Below, one piece after another: positions 56,475 to 64,000 of a DNA stretch of 64,000 nt. Where the stretch lies: NCBI GenBank assembly GCA_963716365.1, contig OY970307.1, positions 1,551,253 through 1,615,252 on the forward strand, read 5' to 3'. Position numbers and translations under genes: made by a program. Under the pieces are notes generated by a model, which was given only the letters and a program-made list of their open reading frames with translations, was not told the origin of the DNA and made no database searches. Within the stretch, counting starts at the first letter, position 1; each line of letters opens with the position of its first letter. Source of the stretch: Candidatus Dormiibacterota bacterium (GTDB lineage: Bacteria; Chloroflexota; Dormibacteria; Aeolococcales; Aeolococcaceae).

Positions 56475-58044
56475 TTGGCCGTGACTCCCGAAGAGCCGCG
56501 CGGGGCCGCGCCGGTCGTCAGCCTGGTCATCCCCACGCGCAACGAGGCGAGCAATCTCCAGCCCCTGGTCGATCGCGTCACCGCGGCGCTCGCGGGAACA
56601 CGCTTCGAGATCTGTTTCGTCGATGACAGCGACGACGGCACTGCGGACATGCTGCTCGAGATGTCGAAGCCGCAGCCGACGGTGCAGCTCGCGCGCACGC
56701 AACCAACAATCCGTTGCCTGCTCCGCCAGGGCGCCGATCGGGAAGGCGGCCTGAGCACCGCTGTCGTCGCGGGTCTGCGCATGGCGCGCGGCCGGTACGT
56801 CTGCGTCATGGACGCCGACCTGCAGCATCCACCCGAGCTCGTCCCCCTCCTCCTCGCCGGGGCCGAGCGTGGCGCGGACCTCGTCGTCGCAAGCCGCTAC
56901 GCGAAGGGCGGGAGCCGCGAGGGCCTCGCCGGCTCCACCCGACGATTCGTCAGCCGAGGCGCGACCATCGTCGCGCGGCTGCTGTTCACCGAAGCGCGGC
57001 AGAGCTCCGATCCGCTCTCCGGATTCTTCCTCTGCCGGCGGGCACTCGTCGACGGGATCGAGTTCCGGCCCGTCGGATTCAAGATCCTGCTCGAGCTGCT
57101 GGTCTGCGTCCCGGAGCTGCGAGTCGTCGACGTTCCGATGAACTCAGTCGGCGCGCGCAGCAGGCGAAAGCAAGGCCACCCCTCGCCAGGGGCTCCTCTA
57201 TCTGCGCCATCTCTGGTCGCTGTTCTTCGATGTCCCGGGATCGGCGCGCGTCTGGAAGTTCGGGCTCGTCGGTGTCAGCGGCCTCTGCGTCTACCTCCCC
57301 ATCCTCGCGGTCCTTATCGGCATCGCCGGGGTGAACCCGCTCGTCGCCTTCGTTCCCGCGTTTGCGCTGAGCGCGGCGTGGAACACCGCGATGAACTGGC
57401 GCCTCACGTTTGGCGACCAGCGCCGCGGTGGTCACGGACCCCGCCACTACCTCGAGTTCGCGCTCCTCAGCGGTTGCGTGATGTTCGCCGTCTTCGCGTT
57501 GCTCATCGGCGCACACGTCGCCTCGGTGGTTGCCGGCCTGGCTGCGGCTGTGGTGGCGATGGTGATCAACGGACTCGTGAACCGCGCGTTCATCCATCGC
57601 GGTCCGGCGGTCTGGGCTGCAATCGCCATCGACCAGGGTGTTCAGGGCGGCCTGTCGCGGCTTGCGGAGGATGTCGGCGCCGACCGCGCGTATCTGCTCC
57701 CGGCTCGCGGCGTGGGCTCGTCCGGTTTGCCGACGGGGCTGCTCGCCCACGTGATTGCCCACAAACGGCCCGTGCTCATCACCGAGGCTGCTTCGCATCG
57801 CGCGCAGCGACGCACCAATATCGAGACGGTGTCGCGGATGCTCCTTCCGGTCGTGCGTGATGACGTCGTGCTCGGGGTCGTGGTGTGTGAGCGGGTCGCG
57901 CCCGGCGGCTTCGACCCCGCGGCGCTCGAGACGGCGACGGTCGCCGTCGAGGCGATCGAACCCGCGCTGATCGCAGCGGCGGCCGACCGTCCCCACCGCC
58001 CGGAGGTGGCTCCGGCCCGGGCAGCGCCCGGACCGGCGAGGTAG
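56475..58044 (+). CDS. GT2 (DPM1-like) glycosyltransferase fused to a GtrA-like membrane domain and a C-terminal GAF-like domain; the frame is interrupted by a +1/-1 shift near 57147-57165 in a (GC)4 run
   Basis: Frame 0 reads LVIPTRNEA...CFVDDSDDGT...VMDADLQHPP...VDVPMNSVGAR. Frame +1 continues AAGESKATPRQGLLYLRHLWSLFFDVP..FGLVGVSG...AWNTAMNWRLTF (GtrA), then ...PVLITEAASH...VLGVVVCER (GAF-like). The conserved VP..F...GESK block spans the shift. Confidence 0.55.
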
Positions 58045-58108
58045 TCCGACGGCAGCGGGGGTCCTCGCGACCGGCCGTCGGTGGAGTGCCGGTCGTTCGC
58101 TGATCCTT

Positions 58109-58645
58109 GTGGCGGGGATCGCCGTCGCAGTCGCGCTGCGTGTTGCCCTTGGCGCACCTGACGCCGCTGCGTCGATGCCCGCCGGTGTGGTCTTCGCGGT
58201 AGCACTCCTCTCGCTCGCCGCAGGTGCGGGATGGCGCGCCGGACGGCCGAGTCTCGCGGCAGTCGGCATCGGCGTTGCCGGTGGCGGCGTGCTGGTCGCG
58301 GCATGGCTCACGTCGCGCACAGGGGTCCCTGTCGACCTCGCTCCCCTGAACCCGGCGATCGCCCTATGGACTCCCGTGGTGGCGCTCATCGCAATCGCCG
58401 AGGAGGTCGTGCTCCGCGGCGTCCTGTTCAACGCGGTGCGCACCTGCGGTGGCGACGGGTGGGCGCTGGCACTGACGACGATCCTCTTTGCGGCGATGCA
58501 TCTCCCGCTCTACGGCGTTGGCGCGTTGCCGCTCGATCTGGCGGTCGGCCTGCTGCTCGGCGGGCTGCGCATCGTGAGCGGCGGCGTCCTCGCGCCCGCC
58601 ATCGCGCACGTCATCGCCGACCTTGCCGGTGGGTGGTTGCTGTGA
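58109..58645 (+). CDS. CPBP family intramembrane metalloprotease (CAAX protease / Abi)
   Basis: EEVVLRG (motif 1 EExxxR), FAAMH (motif 2), HVIAD (motif 3 HxxxN/D). 178 aa. Confidence 0.7.
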   Translation: MAGIAVAVALRVALGAPDAAASMPAGVVFAVALLSLAAGAGWRAGRPSLAAVGIGVAGGGVLVAAWLTSRTGVPVDLAPLNPAIALWTPVVALIAIAEEVVLRGVLFNAVRTCGGDGWALALTTILFAAMHLPLYGVGALPLDLAVGLLLGGLRIVSGGVLAPAIAHVIADLAGGWLL

Positions 58646-59349
58646 GCCGGCGCCACGGCTGGGTTGTCGTCATCGTCGCGGTCGTTGCGCTGGCAACGGT
58701 GTGGCGAGAGCTGCCTGCCGCGTCGCCGCCGATCTACGACGGCAACTGCATCGCCGACCCGTACGTGACGCTGACGAGCCACCCCGCCGCAAAGGGCGCA
58801 ACGACCACATACCCGGCAACGAAAGCACCCTTTCCGGACTCCGAGGTCTACACGGGCGAGACGCCGCCGCAGGCGCAGTTGCTCATGGAAGGCGGCTCGT
58901 TCGGCAACACCGCCGCAGTGACCGTCAGTGTCACGCCGGTTCCAGCGCCTGCGCTGAAGCCGTCCAATGGGACCATCGAGGGCAACGTCTACAAATTCTC
59001 CGCAGTGAACGCTGCGGGGGTCGCCGTTGCGCCTCGCGCGAATGTGCTGTTGACCATCGTGCTTCGCGGGACAAAGTCGGTGCCCGCGCCGATCATCGAC
59101 CGCTTCAACGGCACCGCATGGGTTCCGCTGACCACCCAGAACGGAGGCTGTGGCAACACCTTCATCGCCCCCTCGAAGCAACTGGGCGAGTTCGCCGCCG
59201 TCGAACCAGGGGGAAATTCGCCGTCGCCACCTGCCGCTTCAGGCGGTGGGGTTGTGGGCCCGCTGGTCATCGGTGCCCTCGGCGGCCTCCTGGTCGTCGC
59301 GATCATCGTTCTCTTCAGTCTCGACAGGAGCCGGCGCCGGTCGCGTTGA
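58642..59349 (+). CDS. hypothetical cell-surface protein with N-terminal signal-anchor and C-terminal TM + RRRSR tail
   Basis: GTG overlaps the CPBP stop (GTGA). The hydrophobic N-terminus (WVVVIVAVVALATVW) is followed by an extracellular roughly 190-aa domain and a C-terminal TM (PLVIGALGGLLVVAIIVLF). Confidence 0.5.
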   Translation: MSRRHGWVVVIVAVVALATVWRELPAASPPIYDGNCIADPYVTLTSHPAAKGATTTYPATKAPFPDSEVYTGETPPQAQLLMEGGSFGNTAAVTVSVTPVPAPALKPSNGTIEGNVYKFSAVNAAGVAVAPRANVLLTIVLRGTKSVPAPIIDRFNGTAWVPLTTQNGGCGNTFIAPSKQLGEFAAVEPGGNSPSPPAASGGGVVGPLVIGALGGLLVVAIIVLFSLDRSRRRSR

Positions 59350-59350
59350 G

Positions 59351-60181
59351 CTAGGCGCGAAGCCTCGGTGTGCCCATCCAGCTTTCCATCTCGATGAGCC
59401 AACGCTCGCCGGGCGGTCCCATGCCAGCACCCGGAACGCCGAGGCGCTGAAAAAGTGTTCGCCGTCCACCGAGCCGTTGCGTCAGCCGGTGCGGCAGGCC
59501 GGCCAGCTCTGCGGCCACGTCAAGGGCCGCCTCGTCATCGTCCGCAAGCCCATCGATGAGACCGAGCTCCACGGCTTGCGTGCCAAGCCAGACCTCGCCG
59601 GTGGTGACGCGCGCAAGCGCATCGTCGTCGTAGCCGCGCGCGCTCCGAACCGCACCGGTGAAGCGCTGGAAGATCGCATCGACCAGTTCGCGCTCGCGCG
59701 CCTCGTCTTCCTCTGTGGGCTCGCGCCATGGTGCGCCGAGGTCCTTGAACGGGCCCGTCTTGGTGACGACCATGCGTGCGCCGACACGGCGCAATGCGTC
59801 GACAACAACCGGACGCACGCTGATGACGCCGATCGACCCGACAATCGCGCTCGGAAATGCCAGCACACGGGTCGCACCGCACGCGAGGAAGTACGCGCCT
59901 GATGCGCCGGTGCCCTTGATCCACGCCACCACCGGTTTGCGCGCAGCGAGCCGGCGCACGGCGACATAGAGCTGCTCCGAAGCGATCGCGGTACCGCCGG
60001 GCGAGTCGATCTCGAGGAGCACCGCACGGATGCGTCCGTTGCGACGCGCGTTCCCGATGGTGCGAAGCAACTCATCGGTGCGCACCGCGCCGCCGATGGC
60101 GCCGCGAATCGGGAGAACGGCAATGCGTCTCCTGTCGCGGAGAGCCTGGAGGCGTTCGGAGCCGCGACGTTCAGACAACAC
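59351..60181 (-). CDS. sppA: signal peptide peptidase SppA (S49 family, 36K type)
   Basis: IDSPGGTAIASEQLY and GTGASGAYFLACGA (catalytic Ser region), a Lys region (KTGPFKD). 276 aa. Confidence 0.85.
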   Translation of the reverse strand: MLSERRGSERLQALRDRRRIAVLPIRGAIGGAVRTDELLRTIGNARRNGRIRAVLLEIDSPGGTAIASEQLYVAVRRLAARKPVVAWIKGTGASGAYFLACGATRVLAFPSAIVGSIGVISVRPVVVDALRRVGARMVVTKTGPFKDLGAPWREPTEEDEARERELVDAIFQRFTGAVRSARGYDDDALARVTTGEVWLGTQAVELGLIDGLADDDEAALDVAAELAGLPHRLTQRLGGRRTLFQRLGVPGAGMGPPGERWLIEMESWMGTPRLRA

Positions 60182-60244
60182 CCCTGCATGCTAGTCCGCT
60201 CGTCCTTCCCCAGAACGCGGTCCTGTCCGGCACACTACGCAGTC

Positions 60245-60808
60245 ATGGAGAGAGGACGGCGCTTGGAGGAGCGCCGCCACGCCCACCGTCGGGGTGAGCG
60301 CGGCACGCATCCGGTACTGATCGGCATCGCCGCCGTGATCATTCTCGTGGTGCTCGTGGTCATCTTCCTGCTCCTCCAGAAACCGAAGCAGGTGACGCCG
60401 ATCGCAGTGCTGGGCAACAGCCCATCGGCAAGCGCCGCGGCGACACCGACCGCTGTTCCAGTGACCGTCGCGCCTACCGCTGCCCCAACGGCTGTGTCAA
60501 CCAAACCGGCATTCGCGAGCTTGGATATCCCCCACACGGTGTCGTGCCTCGACATGAAGGGACAGCTGATACAAGGAAACGTGTACCCGCCAATCTCGTG
60601 GAACGCTATCAACGCAACTGGGATCACGATCTCGATTGACGGTCCCGGAATCTTCGGTTCATACGGCCCGTCGGGTTCGTTTACTCCTCAGGACGAAACA
60701 ATCCCCTTCTCGTGCTCGGAACCGTTCAAGCACACCTACCTATTCACCACGACCGGCGGGTCTGGTCCCGCCGCCACGAAACAGGTAACGATCACCGCCA
60801 CCCACTGA
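60245..60808 (+). CDS. hypothetical membrane-anchored protein
   Basis: ATG 60245 (MERGRRLEERR...), a single TM (VLIGIAAVIILVVLVVIFLLL), a Pro/Ala/Thr linker and a roughly 110-aa extracellular domain. Confidence 0.45.
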   Translation: MERGRRLEERRHAHRRGERGTHPVLIGIAAVIILVVLVVIFLLLQKPKQVTPIAVLGNSPSASAAATPTAVPVTVAPTAAPTAVSTKPAFASLDIPHTVSCLDMKGQLIQGNVYPPISWNAINATGITISIDGPGIFGSYGPSGSFTPQDETIPFSCSEPFKHTYLFTTTGGSGPAATKQVTITATH

Positions 60809-60820
60809 GCGCGAGCGAGG

Positions 60821-62005
60821 TCAGCGCTCGCCGGCGGTCTTTGCCTGGACGGCCTCGGTCAACGTCTTGTTCACCGGCTGGCCGCTGACGTCCATGACGA
60901 GGCCGATGGTGCTGCCGTCACTCCAGCCGCAGAGTGAGACGGCGGTCTGCGGTGCAGGTCGCGTTGCCGGTGAGCAGACGAACTGGCTCCCGTCCATCGT
61001 CGTCTTGACGGTCTTGGTCTTGTCGACGGTGACGCCGTCCATCTTCAGGCCTGTCGAGAAGTCATCGAAGAACTGGCTGCTCGTCGACGCGATGTCCGGA
61101 CCCTGGGCGAGCAGCACGACCAGCGTCGGATGACCGGAGACCCCGTAGACGCCGCTGACGACCGTGGTCGCGCCGTACGCGAGCATCACCTGCTTCATCT
61201 GCTGCGTGACCGCCGCGGCCGCGGGCGTGCTGATGGGAGCGAGCGCGCCGACACTCGTCGGGGTCTTGATCGTGGCCGCCGGGGTTTCCCGGCCCTTGAT
61301 GTACTCGAACGCCGCGAACCCGAGGATCGCGACGAGGACGAGCGTCAGGAGGATGCCGATCACCGCGCGGCCCGACGGACGCCGGCTTCGTGGCGCTGCG
61401 GGGACGTCCCAGGCTGACCGGTCCTTGGTCATCGCGGGTGTGGTGCGCGGCGACCACCCGGGAGTGCCCTCCTCGGTGCGACCGCGGAGCGTGTGCTCCT
61501 CGTCCTGGCTGCGGATGTTCCAGCCTTTGCCGCCTGGTGCACTGACCGGACTGACTTCTGCGGCCGTGGGCCGGAAGCCGATCGTCGCGGTGGACATCCG
61601 CTGCCCGACACCGACGGGCGCCGACGCGGGCACGGCTTCGAACGCATGGGGCTTCGACCCAGGGTCTGGCGGCGCAGGCTTTGAGGCGGGGACGGCCTCA
61701 AACGCGTGGGGGTTGGACCCAGGGTCTGGCGGCGCAGGCTTTGATGCGGGCACTGCCTCGAACGCATGAGGCCTCGGTCCAGGATCCGGGGTGCCGGCAA
61801 GCGCGTCGGCGACGAGTGCGCGGGTGGCAGCACTCCCGCTGGGAGCGGGCGGTGCGGGCGCGCGTGGCGTCGTCTCGAACGCGAGACCGGCGGCAGCCGA
61901 GTCCGGGGCAGGATCGCTCGCGGAGGCGCGTTCGGATCGCGAGGGGGCTGGAACCTTCTCGAACGAGAGCGAAGGTCCGCCGCTCTCCGTGGTCTGATCG
62001 GTCAT
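60821..62005 (-). CDS. hypothetical bitopic membrane protein with N-terminal cytoplasmic 20-aa tandem repeats (KPHAFEAVPASKPAPPDPGS x3)
   Basis: A repetitive Pro/Ala-rich N-terminal region, TM AVIGILLTLVLVAILGFAAF, and a C-terminal roughly 170-aa extracellular domain. Confidence 0.5.
   Translation of the reverse strand: MTDQTTESGGPSLSFEKVPAPSRSERASASDPAPDSAAAGLAFETTPRAPAPPAPSGSAATRALVADALAGTPDPGPRPHAFEAVPASKPAPPDPGSNPHAFEAVPASKPAPPDPGSKPHAFEAVPASAPVGVGQRMSTATIGFRPTAAEVSPVSAPGGKGWNIRSQDEEHTLRGRTEEGTPGWSPRTTPAMTKDRSAWDVPAAPRSRRPSGRAVIGILLTLVLVAILGFAAFEYIKGRETPAATIKTPTSVGALAPISTPAAAAVTQQMKQVMLAYGATTVVSGVYGVSGHPTLVVLLAQGPDIASTSSQFFDDFSTGLKMDGVTVDKTKTVKTTMDGSQFVCSPATRPAPQTAVSLCGWSDGSTIGLVMDVSGQPVNKTLTEAVQAKTAGER
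61621..61795 (-). repeat. 60-bp tandem repeat, 3 copies (third diverged), inside the 60821..62005 coding region
   Basis: Printed lines 61621-61680 and 61681-61740 align column for column. 61741-61795 is a diverged third unit. Confidence 0.7.
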
Positions 62006-62157
62006 CGTTCGCCCTTGGCGTGCGCGCCCTTATCCATCGCGATACGGGCCAGCCTATGTCGCCTGCAGTGCACTCCTCCCAACGTCAGGGCACTGCTGCC
62101 GGAGTGTCACGGATGTGTCACGCCGACCTGACGCGATCTGGTCATAGCGGGAAGTGG

Positions 62158-64000
62158 TCAGCGATAGTCGTGCGAACCGCTGAAACCACTCTGGTCGGGC
62201 GGCGTGCCGGGGTGCGCGATCCGGTCGCCGTCCGGGGTCAGCGCGGTCACCTGCTCGACGAGCACGTTGACCCGGCCGTGCTCGACCTGGAGCCGTCCGT
62301 CGACCATGAGCAACGGGTGGCGGGCCACCTCGAGCGTTCGCTGCACGACCGCGGGCCGGAACACGAGGTCGCAGTGCGCATCCTCATCCGCCAGCGTGAA
62401 GAAGCGGAAGCCGCGGGCCGTCGACGGCTGCTGGCGGGTGATGACCAGCCCGGCGACCCTGATGCGCGTGCCGTCGGCACCGTCGCGCACCTTGCCGAGC
62501 GGGACGCAACCGAGTGCATCGAGCTTGGCGCGCATGAACGACACCAGGTGCGGGCCCGTGCTCACCTCGGTGAGCGCGTACTCGGTGTTCACACGGGTGC
62601 GCTCGTCCATCTCCGGCAGGACCGGCGGTGTCGCGGGCAGTGCCATCAGTGGCGGCACGGGGTCGGCGCCGGGATCGCGCGGCGTGTGCGGCGCGTCGCC
62701 GAGGCGGTTGCCGGCGATGGCGCCGCTGCCGCGCGGCGGACCGGTGACGACTGGGGCGGCGGTGTCCTCGGGAGCGAGCTTCGTCCGTGAACGCCTGCGC
62801 GGAGGCAATCCCTCCTCCACCTCTTTCAACTCCCAGAGCAGTTGGCGCCGCGACCGTCCCGCGGCGACACCGTCGAACGCGCCGACACGGATCAGGTTCT
62901 CCATGGCGACGCGGGACAGGAGCGTGTGCTTCCAGAACGCGGCGACCGACGTGTTGGCGCCGTCGTTGATCGCGTCCTCGCACGCCGCACGCGCGGTCGG
63001 GCCAAGCCCGTGCACGTAGGCGAACCCGAGCCGTATCGCGAACGGCTGCTTGGCATTGTCGACGGCCTCGACGATGCAGCGGGCACGGCTCCGGGTGACG
63101 TCGACGGGCAGGACGCGGACGCCGTGGCGCTTGACATCGTCGACCAGGACCGACGGATGGTAGAAGCCCATCGGCTGCGCGTTGAGCAGCGCGCACGTGT
63201 AGTGCGCGGGATACGTCAGACGCAGCCAGGCGGTCTCGTATGCGGTGCGCGCGAAAGCGGCCGCGTGTGATTTGCAGAAGCCGAACTCCGCAAAGCCGGC
63301 GACACTCTTGAAAATCTGTTGCGCCACCTCCTCGCTGAGGTCGTGCTCGATGCAGCGGCGGATGAAACCATCGCGCAGCTCCTCCATCTCGATACGCGAG
63401 CGGTGCCGGTTCATCGCCCGCCGGAAGCGGTCCGCCTCGCCCGCGGTGTAGGCGGCAATCTCCATGACGATGCGCAGGATCTGCTCCTGGTAGAGGACAA
63501 CTCCGCATGTTTCTGACAGGATCGGCTCCAACTTGGGATGCAGGTAGGTCACCGGCTCGAGGCCCTGGCGACGGCGCAGGTAGGGATGCACGGCATCGCC
63601 CTGGATCGGGCCCGGACGGATGATCGCCACCTGCACGATGAGGTCGTTGAAGCAGCGTGGCTGGGACTGCCAGAGCGACTGCTGTTGCGCACGCAACTCG
63701 ATCTGGAAGAGCCCGATGGTGTCGACCTTGCAGATGACGTCGAAGACGCGCTGGTCATCGAGTGGCAGCTCGTCGAGGTCGGGCCGTGTGCCCGTGGTCT
63801 GCTCGATGAGTTCGAGGCACTCCGCGATCGCCGAGAGCGTGCGCAACCCGAGCAGGTCCATCTTGATGAGCCCGAGGTCCTCGACATCGTCCTTGTCGAA
63901 CTGCACGACGACGCGGCCCGGCATGGTCGCGCGCTCCACCGGCACGACGTCGACGAGCGGCTCGCCGGTGACGAGCATGCCGCCCACATGGATACTCAGA
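62158..64000 (-). CDS. DNA polymerase III alpha-subunit family protein, C-terminal two-thirds (probably error-prone DnaE2/ImuC); N-terminus lies beyond the window
   Basis: Fingers/palm-adjacent conserved blocks (VQVAIIRPGPIQG, GVVLYQEQILRIVMEIAAYT, GFCKSHAAAFA, MGFYHP) and a C-terminal OB-like domain. There is no tau-binding extension, which fits DnaE2. The ORF is still open at position 64000. Confidence 0.8.
   Translation of the reverse strand, partial: LSIHVGGMLVTGEPLVDVVPVERATMPGRVVVQFDKDDVEDLGLIKMDLLGLRTLSAIAECLELIEQTTGTRPDLDELPLDDQRVFDVICKVDTIGLFQIELRAQQQSLWQSQPRCFNDLIVQVAIIRPGPIQGDAVHPYLRRRQGLEPVTYLHPKLEPILSETCGVVLYQEQILRIVMEIAAYTAGEADRFRRAMNRHRSRIEMEELRDGFIRRCIEHDLSEEVAQQIFKSVAGFAEFGFCKSHAAAFARTAYETAWLRLTYPAHYTCALLNAQPMGFYHPSVLVDDVKRHGVRVLPVDVTRSRARCIVEAVDNAKQPFAIRLGFAYVHGLGPTARAACEDAINDGANTSVAAFWKHTLLSRVAMENLIRVGAFDGVAAGRSRRQLLWELKEVEEGLPPRRRSRTKLAPEDTAAPVVTGPPRGSGAIAGNRLGDAPHTPRDPGADPVPPLMALPATPPVLPEMDERTRVNTEYALTEVSTGPHLVSFMRAKLDALGCVPLGKVRDGADGTRIRVAGLVITRQQPSTARGFRFFTLADEDAHCDLVFRPAVVQRTLEVARHPLLMVDGRLQVEHGRVNVLVEQVTALTPDGDRIAHPGTPPDQSGFSGSHDYR

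Noticed and set aside
57142-57860. Continuation of the GT2 frame-0 ORF to 57860 (461-aa annotation)
   Set aside because: After about 57150 the frame-0 translation is Arg/Pro-rich nonsense. The +1 frame carries the conserved GESK...YLRHL block and the GtrA domain.
58231-58641. N-terminal 137 aa of the 372-aa ORF 58231..59349
   Set aside because: This part is Arg-rich, out of frame with the well-supported CPBP gene, and overlaps it. The real start is the GTG at 58642, coupled to the CPBP stop.
1-64000. CRISPR arrays, rRNA genes, IS elements
   Set aside because: I found no short regularly spaced direct repeats, no rRNA-like segments, and no transposase-like ORFs. The only tandem repeat is the in-frame 60-bp coding repeat at 61621-61795.

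Overview
This is a high-GC (about 70%) actinobacterial-type chromosomal segment, densely coded on both strands, with many GTG/TTG starts and 4-nt start/stop overlaps. By my reading it holds about 60 protein genes, one tRNA and no CRISPR or rRNA. The main contents are: (1) a mannose glycoconjugate / protein O-mannosylation locus (41.5-52.5 kb) with a fused GDP-mannose pyrophosphorylase/PMM-like gene, a GT4, then a translationally coupled minus-strand operon PMT(GT39)-GTC-GT2(polyprenol-P-mannose synthase)-DUF2029/GT87-like-amidohydrolase. There are at least four GT39/GT-C paralogs in the window. (2) tRNA-Gly(CCC) flanked by a tyrosine integrase and a phage-type HNH endonuclease, which marks a mobile-element insertion hot spot. 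(3) Two divergent ECF sigma / anti-sigma pairs whose anti-sigmas carry different beta-propeller sensor domains. (4) A cNMP-binding domain fused to a TrxR-like flavoenzyme that lacks the CxxC redox motif. (5) A GT2-GtrA-GAF fusion gene interrupted by a frameshift in a (GC)4 run, followed by a CPBP protease and a surface protein. (6) Housekeeping genes: hemE-hemH, nadA (with a perfect NrtR-like palindrome upstream), glpK, sppA, an MMPL transporter coupled to a hemolysin-III gene, a Rox-like flavin monooxygenase, MarR/TetR-controlled small operons and a partial DnaE2-like polymerase at the right edge. Two further genes (fadD; acyltransferase/SGNH) look disrupted by a frameshift and an in-frame stop. 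In the 43.9-45.4 kb region the printed coordinates and the ORF track disagree by 1 nt, so regulatory-site coordinates there are +/-1.
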